Shown here: one piece after another, positions 1 to 10,079 of the stretch
Layout of the letters: the number at the start of each line of letters is the position of its first letter
Numbering within the stretch: the first letter of the stretch is position 1
DNA from: an uncultured Acidimicrobiia bacterium
Lineage (GTDB): Bacteria > Actinomycetota > Acidimicrobiia > Acidimicrobiales > JAHEJN01
Direction of reading: 5' to 3'
Assembly (NCBI GenBank): GCA_964196475.1
Contig: CAXMUI010000026.1
Coordinates: 1,058-65,057 of the forward strand
DNA: 64,000 bases
Translations under genes and position numbers: made by a program
The notes under the pieces: generated by a model
Told to the model about the DNA's origin: nothing
Database searches by the model: none
The model's input: only the letters and a program-made list of their open reading frames with translations

Positions 1-364
1 CGAGGACGGAGCTCAATTCTTGGTTTCTCCTGGGCTCTCAACCACGGTTGTCCAGACCGCCCGCACCCTTGGTGTCCCAATTCTCGCTGGGGTGGCGACT
101 CCATCGGAGGTTCAACAAGCCTCGGCGCTCGGACTCACCACCGCGAAGCTGTTTCCGGCGGCACAACTCGGCGGGCCCGGGTATCTTCGTGCCCTCGGCG
201 GACCATTTCCCATGATGAAGTTCGTTCCGACCGGCGGCGTGAACTTCGAGAATGCCGAGGCTTATCTCGCTACGGGAGCACTAGCGATTGGTATCGGCGG
301 AGAACTCACTCAGCCGTCGGGTTTGGAATCTCTGCGCCGCTGGATCGCTCGATCTAAGGGTTGA
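1..364 (+). CDS. eda: KDPG / 4-hydroxy-2-oxoglutarate aldolase, C-terminal part (5' end outside window)
   Basis: The reading frame stays open to the window edge (EDGAQFLVSPGL...). GAQFLVSPG, PILAGVATPSEV, AKLFPA and KFVPTGGV segments match the Eda class I aldolase pattern. Confidence 0.85.
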   Translation, partial: EDGAQFLVSPGLSTTVVQTARTLGVPILAGVATPSEVQQASALGLTTAKLFPAAQLGGPGYLRALGGPFPMMKFVPTGGVNFENAEAYLATGALAIGIGGELTQPSGLESLRRWIARSKG

Positions 365-385
365 GCAGAGGGCCGATGCGGTCGG

Positions 386-1378
386 TCAGTTGGACGAGGC
401 GTCGGTGTAGACCAGAGAGGCCCAATCCTTGGCAGGCAGGTCCAGGATTTGATCAATAGTCGGCCAGCTTGGTGGGCGGCCGACGTCGTTGTGATTTGAC
501 ACGGAACTCATCGCAACGATGTGTCCGAGTCGTTGGCATCGCTGGACATCATCGGGATGCCTCACGATTCCGTACAAAAACCCGGCGGCAAATGCATCGC
601 CGGCTCCCATAGGATCGATGACCGCTCCGCTGAGTGCAGGTTCGAACTGAACGATGCCATGCACATAGGTATAGACGCCGGCGGCGCCGTCCTTGACAAC
701 CAGGTATTTCGGTCGATCGAGAAGTGCTCGAACATCGGCGGGGTCCGACAATCCCCACACTGCTTCGGCCTCATCCAATCCCACGAAAACAATGTCGGCC
801 CGATTTGCTACGCCAGCCAAGAACTCCGCCGGTGCCTTAGAGGGCCACAATGCCGGACGCCAATTGAGATCAAATGAGCGAAGAGCGCTCGCTTGCGCAT
901 TCAACAGAGCAAGCACCAGATCGCTGCAACTCTCCGACAATGCCAAGGTGATGCCGCTCAAATGAAGGACAGCGGTATCGAGACACTGTGGAATATCGAC
1001 GGAAGTCTCCGACATTTGGGACGCCGCTGAGAACCGTCGGTAGTACTGCACCCGGGGCTGTGACTCTGGCGAATCTTTGATCATCAACCCCGTTGGGGCA
1101 TCTTCGGAGAAGGTGACAGCTGACGTATCGATGCCGTCGCCCGCAATGACATCGTGGACCATTGGTCCAGCGACTCCAGGGCCGAGGCGACTGACCCAGC
1201 TGGTGCGCAGCCCAAGCGCGGCACAGTTTCTCACGACATTTGATTCGGCACCGCCGACATCCCACGAGAACCCGCTGGAGTCGGAATCGCGAAATAGGGT
1301 CAGCATTGATTCCCCGAGGCCGACGACGTCGAATCGCGTATCTCGTTGGTCTCGCGCCGACGGCGTTGTCATGTTCAT
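386..1378 (-). CDS. kdgK: PfkB-family sugar kinase, 2-dehydro-3-deoxygluconokinase-like
   Basis: 330 aa. Has the N-terminal VVGLGESMLTL and the C-terminal DPMGAGDAFAAGFLYG anion-hole/ATP motif of ribokinase-like kinases. Convergent with eda and overlaps the upstream sulfatase stop by 4 nt. Confidence 0.8.
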   Translation of the reverse strand: MNMTTPSARDQRDTRFDVVGLGESMLTLFRDSDSSGFSWDVGGAESNVVRNCAALGLRTSWVSRLGPGVAGPMVHDVIAGDGIDTSAVTFSEDAPTGLMIKDSPESQPRVQYYRRFSAASQMSETSVDIPQCLDTAVLHLSGITLALSESCSDLVLALLNAQASALRSFDLNWRPALWPSKAPAEFLAGVANRADIVFVGLDEAEAVWGLSDPADVRALLDRPKYLVVKDGAAGVYTYVHGIVQFEPALSGAVIDPMGAGDAFAAGFLYGIVRHPDDVQRCQRLGHIVAMSSVSNHNDVGRPPSWPTIDQILDLPAKDWASLVYTDASSN

Positions 1379-2811
1379 GTCGAGTTTCGATTCGGTTTCG
1401 GGACGGGTGTGTAGGCAACCGTGTGGGCCTCGGCGGCTTCTTCGCCACCCACCTCGGCGATCCTTCGTGCCTGGTCACTTTTGGCGAGGGCGTTTACCGC
1501 TGTTGGGTCACAGATCTGACGGAGTCGAGCTGCGCAATCGGAAATAACATCGATTAGATCGTCGCGGCCGGACAGATCGAACATCTCGTCTGGGTCGGCT
1601 ACGAGATCGAAGAGTTGGGGGCGTTCATCGATGTACTCGATGTATTTGTATCGTCCGTGTCGCACCATGAAGCTGGCGGCGATTGACCCGTTGGCGTGAT
1701 ACTCGGCAAAGACCGACCGGTCGGTGTCGAGGAGCGCATCGTGGTCCAGCAGCGAGATTCCTGGTGTTGAATCGCTCTCTCCTAGTCCGATGTCTGCCAC
1801 AGAGAGAAACGTCGGAAGTAGGTCGATGTGGGAGACCGGTGCGTCGATTACGCCGTTACCGATTCCGGGTCCGGCGAGTAGGAGCGGTACACGGACGGAT
1901 TCTTCGTTCATCAGATGCTTGAACCACAACCCATGTGCGCCAGCACTTTCGCCGTGGTCTGACGTATACATCACCACCGTGTCGTCGGCGTGTCCCGACG
2001 CTTCGAGTGAAGCCAGCACCGCACCGACATTCGCGTCCATAAAGCTGCACAGTCCGAGGTATGCCTGCATGGCTCGCTGCTTCTCGCTGCGGGAGAAGTC
2101 GCGGTCGATTCCGAATGACTCGCGGAACACGTGCACCGCTGGATGGTCCCAGGCGCCGAGGACATCGGACGGAAGGTCCAGGTCTTGGTCGCTATACAAC
2201 TCAAAGAACTCATCAGGTGCAACAAGCGGAAAGTGAGGGGCCACAAACGACACCATCAGCGCCCAAGGCTGCTGATCGGCTTCGCGCTCAAGGAAAAGCG
2301 CAGCAGTGTCAACCACAGAGCGGTCGTAGCGCGTGTAGTCGGTCTCGCCGGCGCCAGCATCGAGGATTGCTCGAAAACCAGGCACCGTGGGCACACGTCC
2401 GTCCGGCCGTTGGGCGATGCCGCGCAGATCGCCGCGTCCACTGATGTGCATCGCCAGGCGCTGATCGGGAAAGCCTGTGTCGTCTTCGACATCTCGATAG
2501 TGAAGTTTGCCGATCGTGGTCACCTGGTAGCCGGCCCGAGCGAGGTGATGTCCCCAACTCGATGGGTTGCCGACGTAGGGGGTTGCGTTATCCCATGCAC
2601 CGATCTCGTGAACATACCGACCGGTGGCAATGCTGGCCCGGGCGGGCACGCATATCGGGCTCGTGCAGTAAGCGTTGGAGAACGAGGTTCCGCCGAGGGC
2701 GAGCCGATCAAGGTGGGGCGTTTTGACAACAGTGTTGCCGAAGTATCCGGCCATCTTCGGGTTGTGCTGATCGGACATCACCAACAAGATGTTGGGCCGG
2801 GATTTTGGCAT
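1375..2811 (-). CDS. formylglycine-type sulfatase family protein (choline/aryl-sulfatase-like)
   Basis: 478 aa. PNILLVMSDQHN metal-binding start and a CxPxR motif in CTSPICVPARASIATGRY. MYTSDHGE segment present further on. Confidence 0.85.
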   Translation of the reverse strand: MPKSRPNILLVMSDQHNPKMAGYFGNTVVKTPHLDRLALGGTSFSNAYCTSPICVPARASIATGRYVHEIGAWDNATPYVGNPSSWGHHLARAGYQVTTIGKLHYRDVEDDTGFPDQRLAMHISGRGDLRGIAQRPDGRVPTVPGFRAILDAGAGETDYTRYDRSVVDTAALFLEREADQQPWALMVSFVAPHFPLVAPDEFFELYSDQDLDLPSDVLGAWDHPAVHVFRESFGIDRDFSRSEKQRAMQAYLGLCSFMDANVGAVLASLEASGHADDTVVMYTSDHGESAGAHGLWFKHLMNEESVRVPLLLAGPGIGNGVIDAPVSHIDLLPTFLSVADIGLGESDSTPGISLLDHDALLDTDRSVFAEYHANGSIAASFMVRHGRYKYIEYIDERPQLFDLVADPDEMFDLSGRDDLIDVISDCAARLRQICDPTAVNALAKSDQARRIAEVGGEEAAEAHTVAYTPVPKPNRNST

Positions 2812-3279
2812 TCGAGTGCTCCGGTTGATCTACATGAAAGAGCGGGCTTCGTAGCGAGCAGTGCGCCAGCACTACAGGTTGGGCCGGGTCCGCCCTGTTC
2901 ACGATCAAATGGACGAACCGGCCCGCTGAGTTCCATAAGGTATCAGTCTTGCTGAATCTTCTGTGAATGCGTCTGCTAGTCGGTTTCACAAACAACGCGC
3001 CATGTCGCTAAGTCAACGAAGGCGGGCGTAGCGTTCGCAATCACCAAGCCGGTCGCCGGTACTGGTCCGTGTCAGGGCTTCCCACCACCGCTGGGGAGCC
3101 CTTCTCTCGCGCAATAATCGCTGCGTGGCAAGCGTGGCTGCCGTGATCGGTGATAATTGCGCCGAACGGCGCAGGACATAATCGACACGGCTCGGCGGCC
3201 GTTGTCTAACAAAGGGTCGGCGATACTACCTGGCCGATTGCATGGAATTGGATGAGTCGCGGAGTCCTGGGTTCGTCAT

Positions 3280-4242
3280 TCAATGCGCAGGGAGAGTCCC
3301 CAATGACTGAGCACCAACTGATGGATCCAGATTCGCCGATGACCGAAGTTCCTGGAGCCTGCTTCGGAGAAGGTCGGCCGATGACCCTTCTAGCTGCCAA
3401 TCGATTCGGATAGCGGTGGTTGCCCGCTCGATGTCGTGGTCCGCAAGCTGTAACGCGTTGACATAGACCAAAACGTCGAAACTGTTGAGATTGTTTATGC
3501 GGTCGGGTTCGTCGAAATACAGCTCTACCTCCCCGCGAAAGACTGTGTGCACTAGCCCGGCGATGCGTTCAGCGCCGCCAGAGTTTGTTGCGGCGACAGT
3601 TATCACTCGGTCGGGCGAAAGGGTCGCGATCTGGCGAAGGGTTTTTGAGGAAGCGCCGAAGTTGAGCTCGAGAATCCTCGACTCGTCGCCGGTCACCTCA
3701 AGGATCTCAGCGAAGTGAAACAAGGGTGTGACGATCAGGTCGTAATGCTCGGTCGCATCCTTGCTCGCAAGATCCCCGATTAGTACGGGTTCGAGCTTTG
3801 CGCCGGTGGCATTAGCAATGAGAGCGGTCATTTGCGTCAGGTCGGTTATGTTGCACTCGGCGAAGGCAACCGTTTGTTCAAAAGAGCCAAACGCAGTAGT
3901 GACGAGTCCAATGACGTCTTCTAGTGCAAGCCCTATCGCTCTGGCCCGGCGAGCGAGACCCTCGACCTCTTCATGTAGCCCGGTATTCAGAATTGCAGCA
4001 CCGCTCGTGCCGGTGACATAGGTGCCTCTCCGGGGTTCGGATCGGACGAGTCCTTCGGTGGCCAGGCGCTGAAGTTCGCGGTTTACCGTGTTCGCGTTAC
4101 TACCCAATTCGTCAGCGATTTGGCGACACGACGGCAGTCGCTCGCCCGGTTGCCATGATCCGTTCAAGATTCTTCGTAGTACCTCGCGACGGACTTCTTC
4201 GCCATTTACACCGGTTTTGTTGTTCGGGGGCATTGACATCAC
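3280..4242 (-). CDS. GntR-family transcriptional regulator
   Basis: N-terminal winged HTH (LPSCRQIADELGSNANTVNRELQRLATEGLVRSEPRRGTYV). Divergent from the ABC transporter operon. The ~230 aa C-terminal effector domain was not recognised. Confidence 0.8.
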   Translation of the reverse strand: MMSMPPNNKTGVNGEEVRREVLRRILNGSWQPGERLPSCRQIADELGSNANTVNRELQRLATEGLVRSEPRRGTYVTGTSGAAILNTGLHEEVEGLARRARAIGLALEDVIGLVTTAFGSFEQTVAFAECNITDLTQMTALIANATGAKLEPVLIGDLASKDATEHYDLIVTPLFHFAEILEVTGDESRILELNFGASSKTLRQIATLSPDRVITVAATNSGGAERIAGLVHTVFRGEVELYFDEPDRINNLNSFDVLVYVNALQLADHDIERATTAIRIDWQLEGSSADLLRSRLQELRSSANLDPSVGAQSLGTLPAH

Positions 4243-4297
4243 CTTGACGACTGTTGAGTGTTGTTGCCGACCACAGTGGCCCGGCCCGGCATTAACT

Positions 4298-4312
4298 GAT
4301 CATTTTATGATC
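4298..4312. promoter_or_regulatory. candidate operator: perfect 6-3-6 inverted repeat GATCAT-TTT-ATGATC in the GntR/ABC divergent promoter
   Basis: Read directly from the sequence. It lies in an AT-rich patch of the 219-bp divergent intergenic region (4243-4461). Confidence 0.3.
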
Positions 4313-4461
4313 CACAAGACGAGCATAGGTGGCCCCGAGACGAATCTGAAGGTTGATGACAATTTAACGTTTATGGACAAACCACTTGCCGAAGATGTAA
4401 CACGTGGCTACGGTGAGGGTACTGTCACTTACAGAGAGACAGATATCGCTAGGGGAATTCT

Positions 4462-5457
4462 ATGAAGAAGACACTGCTAATGCTGCTCGCCATACTGGGA
4501 GTGTTCGCACTCCTAGCTGGTGCATGTGGCTCAGACGATGACGACGGGGCTGATGGGCTTCGTGTTGCTTTGGTCCTGCCCGGCTCGGCGAACGACAAGG
4601 GCTTTAACCAGCTCGCGTTCGAGTCTCTACCGATTCTTGAGGCCAAATTTGGAGCGGAGACAGCGTTCTCCGAGTTGACGCCGGTCAATGAATTTGTCCA
4701 GGCGTTTGAGGATTACGCGAACGATGGCTATGACGTCGTAATCGGGCAGGGATTCGAGTTTGGTGAGATTGCGGCCGAGGTCGCTCCCGAATTCCCTGAC
4801 ACGATCTTCCTCGTGACAAACCATCCCGATACCTCCGGGCCAAATATGCAGGGGCTCCAGCCCGCATCCCAACATGCTGCGTTCCTGGCCGGTGTGGCTG
4901 CAGGCATGGCAACGGAAACGAACAAGGTCGGCGGCATCGCCGGATTCGCATTCCCAGTAATCGTTGCCCAGATGGAGGCCTTCGCACTCGGGGCCAAGTC
5001 GGTCAATCCCGACATTGAGGCGACAATCACCTACCTCGGAACGTTCGACGACGTTGAGGCCGGCAAGGAGACCGCCCGCGCGATGATTTCAGCTGACGTC
5101 GATGTCGTCTACCACATCGCTGATGCTGCTGGTCTCGGAGTAATCCAGGCCGCTCGAGAAGAGGGTGTCTACGCAATTGGCTGGGGTGGTGACCAAACCG
5201 AGGTCGCTCCCGAAACGGTCCTTACATCACAGATCGTCGATCAGACGCTCCTAATTGTCGAGGCAATCCAGTCGGTCGTCGATGGGACGTTCGAAGGCCA
5301 GCAGCGTTTCTTCAGCCTGGCTTCACCAGTGCTGGGGTTGGCCCCGATTCGTGTGATCGACAACGCAGCTGAAATCGAGGCGAGAGTTGCAGAGGTCGAG
5401 GCCGGAATCCTCGATGGCTCGATCGAGGTTCCGTTCATCACTGAGCCAACAAGTTAA
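4462..5457 (+). CDS. BMP-family (PnrA/Med-like) ABC transporter substrate-binding lipoprotein
   Basis: Lipoprotein signal MKKTLLMLLAILGVFALLAGAC. LVLPGSANDKGFNQ, GYDVVIGQGFEF and GGIAGFAFPVI segments are typical of basic-membrane-protein nucleoside binders. RBS AGGGGA lies upstream. Confidence 0.85.
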   Translation: MKKTLLMLLAILGVFALLAGACGSDDDDGADGLRVALVLPGSANDKGFNQLAFESLPILEAKFGAETAFSELTPVNEFVQAFEDYANDGYDVVIGQGFEFGEIAAEVAPEFPDTIFLVTNHPDTSGPNMQGLQPASQHAAFLAGVAAGMATETNKVGGIAGFAFPVIVAQMEAFALGAKSVNPDIEATITYLGTFDDVEAGKETARAMISADVDVVYHIADAAGLGVIQAAREEGVYAIGWGGDQTEVAPETVLTSQIVDQTLLIVEAIQSVVDGTFEGQQRFFSLASPVLGLAPIRVIDNAAEIEARVAEVEAGILDGSIEVPFITEPTS

Positions 5458-5475
5458 TCCAAGCGAGCCGTACAG

Positions 5476-7005
5476 ATGGGACCCCCGCCGAAGCCCGCGC
5501 CCGGGTCCCATCTGCTCGCGCTCGCCGACATCTGGAAACGTTATGACGCCACGGTCGCGCTAAGCGGCGCATCACTCGAAATCGAGCGGGGCGAAATCCA
5601 TGCCCTTCTCGGCGAGAACGGTGCCGGCAAGACAACGTTGATGAATGTCCTCGATGGCATCACGCTGCCGGACTCGGGCACCATCACCTGGTCGGACACT
5701 GAGGTGGAAATCGACTCGCCGAAGAGCGCGGTGAGCCTCGGCATTGGCATGGTCCATCAGCACGATCGGCTGGTCCCGGCCCTTACGGTGTGGGAGAACA
5801 TTGCACTCGCCGTCGGTACGTCTTTTAAAATCTCGCGAGACGAGATCGCCGAACATCTCGCCGAACTGACCGAACGTTATGGCGGCGTTATCAATCCGGA
5901 TGCACTCGTCAGCGATCTGTCTGTGGGGGAACGGCAATGGGTAAGCCTTCTCCGAGCGTTGGCGGGAGAGGTCAAGTTGCTGGTGCTCGACGAGCCCACG
6001 TCGACGCTGACCCCAATTGAACGAGATCGCTTGTTCGTAGCCCTGCGGCACTATCGGGCGGCTGGGCTGAGTGTGATCTTCATTACCCACAAGCTCGATG
6101 AGGTCTTCGCCCTTTGCGACCGGGTCACGGTGATGCGCGGAGGAGAAACGGTGTCTACGTTTGACGTTGCATCGACTACCCACGCGCAGTTGGTGCAGTC
6201 GATGGTTGGCCGGGCAGTGGACACAGACTTCGACCGCGCTCCATCGGAGCGTGGCGAAATTCTCCTGCAAGTCGAGTCGCTGTCGGTGCAAGGAGCACGA
6301 CAAACGATTGTGAACCTAGATCTCGAGGTGTCCCGAGGAGAGGTAGTCGGTATCGCCGGTGTTGATGGCAACGGCCAAGGGGAACTGATCGAAGTGATCT
6401 GCGGTGTCCGAGAGGCCGCTGCAGGTGCGGTGACGTTCGGAGATGAACACCACGGCTGGCACAATGGGCGAGCGGCATCGGTGGCCCGAATCCCCGAAGA
6501 TCGCCATCGGCATGGTCTCGCGTTGGGGCTGCCACTCTGGGAGAACGTTCACCTTGGGCGATTCCGAAATCGAGGACTCGTCCGCAATGGCTTCCTGAAT
6601 AGCCGGCGTGCCTATGAGGCGTCAGAAGCCATGCTCGAGGCATTCGATGTGCGCTGCAGCAGCCCAGATCAACCGTCTGGTGAGCTGTCCGGAGGCAATC
6701 AGCAAAAGGCCGTGCTGGCTCGTGAGCTAAGCGATGATCCGGACCTCGTTGTCGCTATGAATCCGTGTCGAGGACTTGATATCGGCGCGGCCAGATTTGT
6801 TTTGGATCAGCTTGTCGCCGTGCGCGACAGAGACGGCGGCGTCTTGTTCGTCTCCTATGACCTTGACGAGATACTCGCCATATCCGATCGGATCCTCGTT
6901 ATGGCCTCAGGCCGGATCGCTGGTGAGCTCAAGCCAGGGCCCGACGTTATTGAACAAATCGGTCTACTAATGGGTGGGGCAGAAATTGGAGTGAAGGCGC
7001 AGTGA
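5476..7005 (+). CDS. ABC transporter ATP-binding protein, duplicated ATPase cassette
   Basis: 509 aa. Walker A GENGAGKTT, signature LSVGERQ, Walker B LLVLDEPT. The second cassette has LSGGNQQK. Confidence 0.9.
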   Translation: MGPPPKPAPGSHLLALADIWKRYDATVALSGASLEIERGEIHALLGENGAGKTTLMNVLDGITLPDSGTITWSDTEVEIDSPKSAVSLGIGMVHQHDRLVPALTVWENIALAVGTSFKISRDEIAEHLAELTERYGGVINPDALVSDLSVGERQWVSLLRALAGEVKLLVLDEPTSTLTPIERDRLFVALRHYRAAGLSVIFITHKLDEVFALCDRVTVMRGGETVSTFDVASTTHAQLVQSMVGRAVDTDFDRAPSERGEILLQVESLSVQGARQTIVNLDLEVSRGEVVGIAGVDGNGQGELIEVICGVREAAAGAVTFGDEHHGWHNGRAASVARIPEDRHRHGLALGLPLWENVHLGRFRNRGLVRNGFLNSRRAYEASEAMLEAFDVRCSSPDQPSGELSGGNQQKAVLARELSDDPDLVVAMNPCRGLDIGAARFVLDQLVAVRDRDGGVLFVSYDLDEILAISDRILVMASGRIAGELKPGPDVIEQIGLLMGGAEIGVKAQ

Positions 7006-8099
7006 CTTCAAAACGCGACGCGTTGGGTTTGGTGTTGCTCGGACGAGAGTCGTTCGTCGTCAGCGCGGTAATCATTCTCGGACTCTTGCTGTCCCTCGTC
7101 ATGCTGGCCGTTACGGGAGCCGACCTGGGCGAAGCGCTCCCGGCCCTGCTATCTGGCTCAGTCGGCGATGCTCGGGCGATCGAGGAGACGCTCAGCCAGT
7201 CGGTGCCGATCATGTTCGTCGGGTTGGGTGTAGCGGTCGGCCTTCGTGCGGGACTGTTTAACATCGGTGGCGAAGGACAGATTTATGTGGCGGCGCTAGC
7301 CGGGATTGTGGTGTCGCAATGGCTGCCAGTCGACGTGCCGGTTCTCGCCGTGGCGTTGCTGTTGGTCGTCGGGTTCATCGCGGGCGGCATTTGGGCCGCC
7401 GCTGCTGGTTGGATGCGAGCGTACTTGCACATGAATGAGGTCATAACGACGATCTTGTTGAATGGCATCGGCTTCCTGCTCGCAAGCTGGGCCATCCACG
7501 GTCCACTTCGAGATCGAGATGGAGGCGGATTTCCGTGGTCGGAGAAGATCGGTGAGCCCTTCCGCTTGCCCATACTCGACATCGGCCCGCTGACTATGCC
7601 CTCCGGGTTCCTATTGGCCTTGTGCGCTGCGGTCATCGTCTGGATCTTTCTTGACAAAACGGTGATCGGTGTTGAGCTACGAACCCTGGGCGACAACCGA
7701 GATGCCGCCGCTTACGCCGGCGCCCGGGTTCCGTTGCTCGTCATCGTTGCCATGGGTTGTGCCGGTGCGTTGGCCGGGATCGCTGGCGTTGTTGAACTAT
7801 CAGGTAGTCAGGAGCGACTTAGCGATTTCTTCTCTCCTGGATACGGCTTCACTGCTATCGCCGTTGCCCTCGTAGGAAATGCGCGAGCGGGCGGGGTTGT
7901 GCTTGCCGCACTGTTCTTTGGGGCGCTGACCGCTGGAGCGTCTTCGATGGAGCGCATCGCTCAAGTGCCCGCGTCGACGAGTCTGGTCGCCCAGGCAATC
8001 ATCGTCGCGCTTCTGGTCGTCGCCCGGTCAGAACGTCTCGGGCGCTGGGTTCGCGCCCGCCGGCAACTGGCCGCTGCCCTTGATGGGCAGGTGACATGA
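7002..8099 (+). CDS. ABC transporter permease (BMP/ribose-type)
   Basis: 365 aa polytopic hydrophobic protein. Its GTG start overlaps the upstream stop (GTGA). Confidence 0.85.
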   Translation: MTSKRDALGLVLLGRESFVVSAVIILGLLLSLVMLAVTGADLGEALPALLSGSVGDARAIEETLSQSVPIMFVGLGVAVGLRAGLFNIGGEGQIYVAALAGIVVSQWLPVDVPVLAVALLLVVGFIAGGIWAAAAGWMRAYLHMNEVITTILLNGIGFLLASWAIHGPLRDRDGGGFPWSEKIGEPFRLPILDIGPLTMPSGFLLALCAAVIVWIFLDKTVIGVELRTLGDNRDAAAYAGARVPLLVIVAMGCAGALAGIAGVVELSGSQERLSDFFSPGYGFTAIAVALVGNARAGGVVLAALFFGALTAGASSMERIAQVPASTSLVAQAIIVALLVVARSERLGRWVRARRQLAAALDGQVT

Positions 8100-9031
8100 T
8101 GGACGCGCTGATCGAACTCTTCATCTCGACGGCATTCGTCGCCAGCACGCTGCGACTTGCGGTCCCACTCATGCTGGCCGCTACTGGCGAGGTCATTTCC
8201 GAACGAGCCGGAATCCTGAACATCGGGCTTGAGGGAATGATGTTGATGGGGGCGTTTACCGCAGTCATCGGCGCTGATTTGACCGGGAGTCCGTGGCTGG
8301 GAGCGATCGCAGGTGCGGCCGGGGGAGCAGCGCTGGCATCAATCCACGGCGTAATCGTGATCAGGTGGGCCGGCGATCAAGTTGTAAGCGGGCTCGCTCT
8401 AAACCTCGGTGCGCTTGGGCTTACCACGTACCTGTCTCGCAAGATTCTGGGTACCGAGCAGACCGAGGTCGCACACTTTGAACCGGTAAATATCCCAATC
8501 TTGTCGGATCTGCCATTCTTCGGGCCCACTGTCTTCGGGCAATCCCCGTTCTTCTACTTCGCGATAGCTATGGCCGGCATGTTGAGTTGGGTTCTGTTCC
8601 GTACGCGTCTTGGCCTCGCGTGGCGGTCGGCGGGCGAAGATCCTGACGCCCTCGACAGCGTCGGCGTGTCGGTCGCTCGTACACGCTGGACGGCACTGCT
8701 GGTGTGCGGCGCGATGGCCGGCCTGGGCGGAGCCTCGATATCGTTGGCACAGCTGTTCACTTTCATCGAGAACATGACCGGCGGCAGTGGCTTCATCGCC
8801 CTGGCATTGGTGATCGTGACTAGGTGGCGTCCGCTGTGGGCTGTGGGTGTTGCCACCTTCTTCGCGAGTGCCGACGCATTGGCGCTCAGGATCCAAGCAC
8901 TTGACGTCGTCGATATACCGTTCCAGATCTCGCTCATGATTCCGCTCGTGCTGACCCTCGTCATGTACGGATTCGCGGCACGCGCTGGCCGCTCGCCGGC
9001 GGCACTCGGCCGTTCGTGGCTTAAGTCCTGA
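8096..9031 (+). CDS. ABC transporter permease (second subunit)
   Basis: 311 aa polytopic protein joined to the upstream permease by an ATGA overlap. Confidence 0.85.
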   Translation: MMDALIELFISTAFVASTLRLAVPLMLAATGEVISERAGILNIGLEGMMLMGAFTAVIGADLTGSPWLGAIAGAAGGAALASIHGVIVIRWAGDQVVSGLALNLGALGLTTYLSRKILGTEQTEVAHFEPVNIPILSDLPFFGPTVFGQSPFFYFAIAMAGMLSWVLFRTRLGLAWRSAGEDPDALDSVGVSVARTRWTALLVCGAMAGLGGASISLAQLFTFIENMTGGSGFIALALVIVTRWRPLWAVGVATFFASADALALRIQALDVVDIPFQISLMIPLVLTLVMYGFAARAGRSPAALGRSWLKS

Positions 9032-9044
9032 TCGGAGCGCTTGC

Positions 9045-10076
9045 TTGCTCGTATTTGCTTCCGAGGCCCATCGCCTGCACAACCCCACCGAGCCGCACCT
9101 CTTCGCGGGGATTGCTCAACCGCCCCGCGAGAACGTTGAGCGCGCCGACGTGATCCGAGAGGCGGTGCAGTCGCTGGTCACGCAAGACATCCGCGAACCC
9201 GCGCCGATCGATCTCGACCTGCTTGGGCAAGTGCACCAACTTCCGTACCTCGAGTTTCTTCGCACAGCTCATGCCAACTGGTGTGCGCTGGTCGGCAACG
9301 ATGGAAGTGGTGAGGCGATGCCATTTGTGCGGCCGATGCTCGGGTCGCCGTTCACCGCCTCAGATCACGTGCTGGCCCAGATGGGCCGATATTCGAACGA
9401 CGCCGATCCTATTCTCGCTGGGACGTGGGAAGCGGTGAACGCGGGAGCGGCATGCGCGGCCAGCGCCGCGGCGGCCGTGCTATCGGGCACTGCGGAGGCC
9501 GCATATGCGCTGGTCCGACCCCCGGGCCATCATGCCGGGCCCGAAACCTATGGTGGTTACTGCTATCTCAACAACACCGCCATCGCAGCTCAGTTGGCTT
9601 CAGATGCCGGCGGACGCGTCGCGACCCTTGACGTCGACACCCATGCCGGCAACGGAACTCAAGCGGTATTTTGGGAGCGCTCCGACGTGATGTCGGTGTC
9701 TCTACACGTTGATCCTGCGGTTGAGTACCCCTACTTTCAAGGCCACGCCCACGAACACGGTGCTGGCGCGGGGGAGGGGTTCAACCGAAACTTTCCTATG
9801 GCAAAGGGCACCGACTGGTCTGGGTACGAACCCGTGCTCGATGCAGCTTGCGAAGCGGTCACCGAATTCGGCGCAGAAGTGGTCATCGTGGCCCTGGGTG
9901 TCGACACCGCAGTCGAAGACGGTGTGTTGGCCTTGGCCGGAGACGACTACAGACGACTCGGAGCACGACTTGCACGGATCGGTCGACCAACCGTGCTCGT
10001 GCAAGAGGGTGGCTACGACCTGTCGGTGTTGGGGCGAAACGTCGCCGCTGTTCTTGAGGGCTTCGAAGCTGTCTGA
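9045..10076 (+). CDS. histone-deacetylase-family Zn amidohydrolase (acetylpolyamine/acetoin-utilisation type)
   Basis: RPPGHHAGPETYGGYCYLNN and LDVDTHAGNGTQ motifs of arginase/HDAC-fold deacetylases. TTG start with GGAGC RBS at 9034. Confidence 0.8.
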   Translation: MLVFASEAHRLHNPTEPHLFAGIAQPPRENVERADVIREAVQSLVTQDIREPAPIDLDLLGQVHQLPYLEFLRTAHANWCALVGNDGSGEAMPFVRPMLGSPFTASDHVLAQMGRYSNDADPILAGTWEAVNAGAACAASAAAAVLSGTAEAAYALVRPPGHHAGPETYGGYCYLNNTAIAAQLASDAGGRVATLDVDTHAGNGTQAVFWERSDVMSVSLHVDPAVEYPYFQGHAHEHGAGAGEGFNRNFPMAKGTDWSGYEPVLDAACEAVTEFGAEVVIVALGVDTAVEDGVLALAGDDYRRLGARLARIGRPTVLVQEGGYDLSVLGRNVAAVLEGFEAV

Positions 10077-10079
10077 GAG

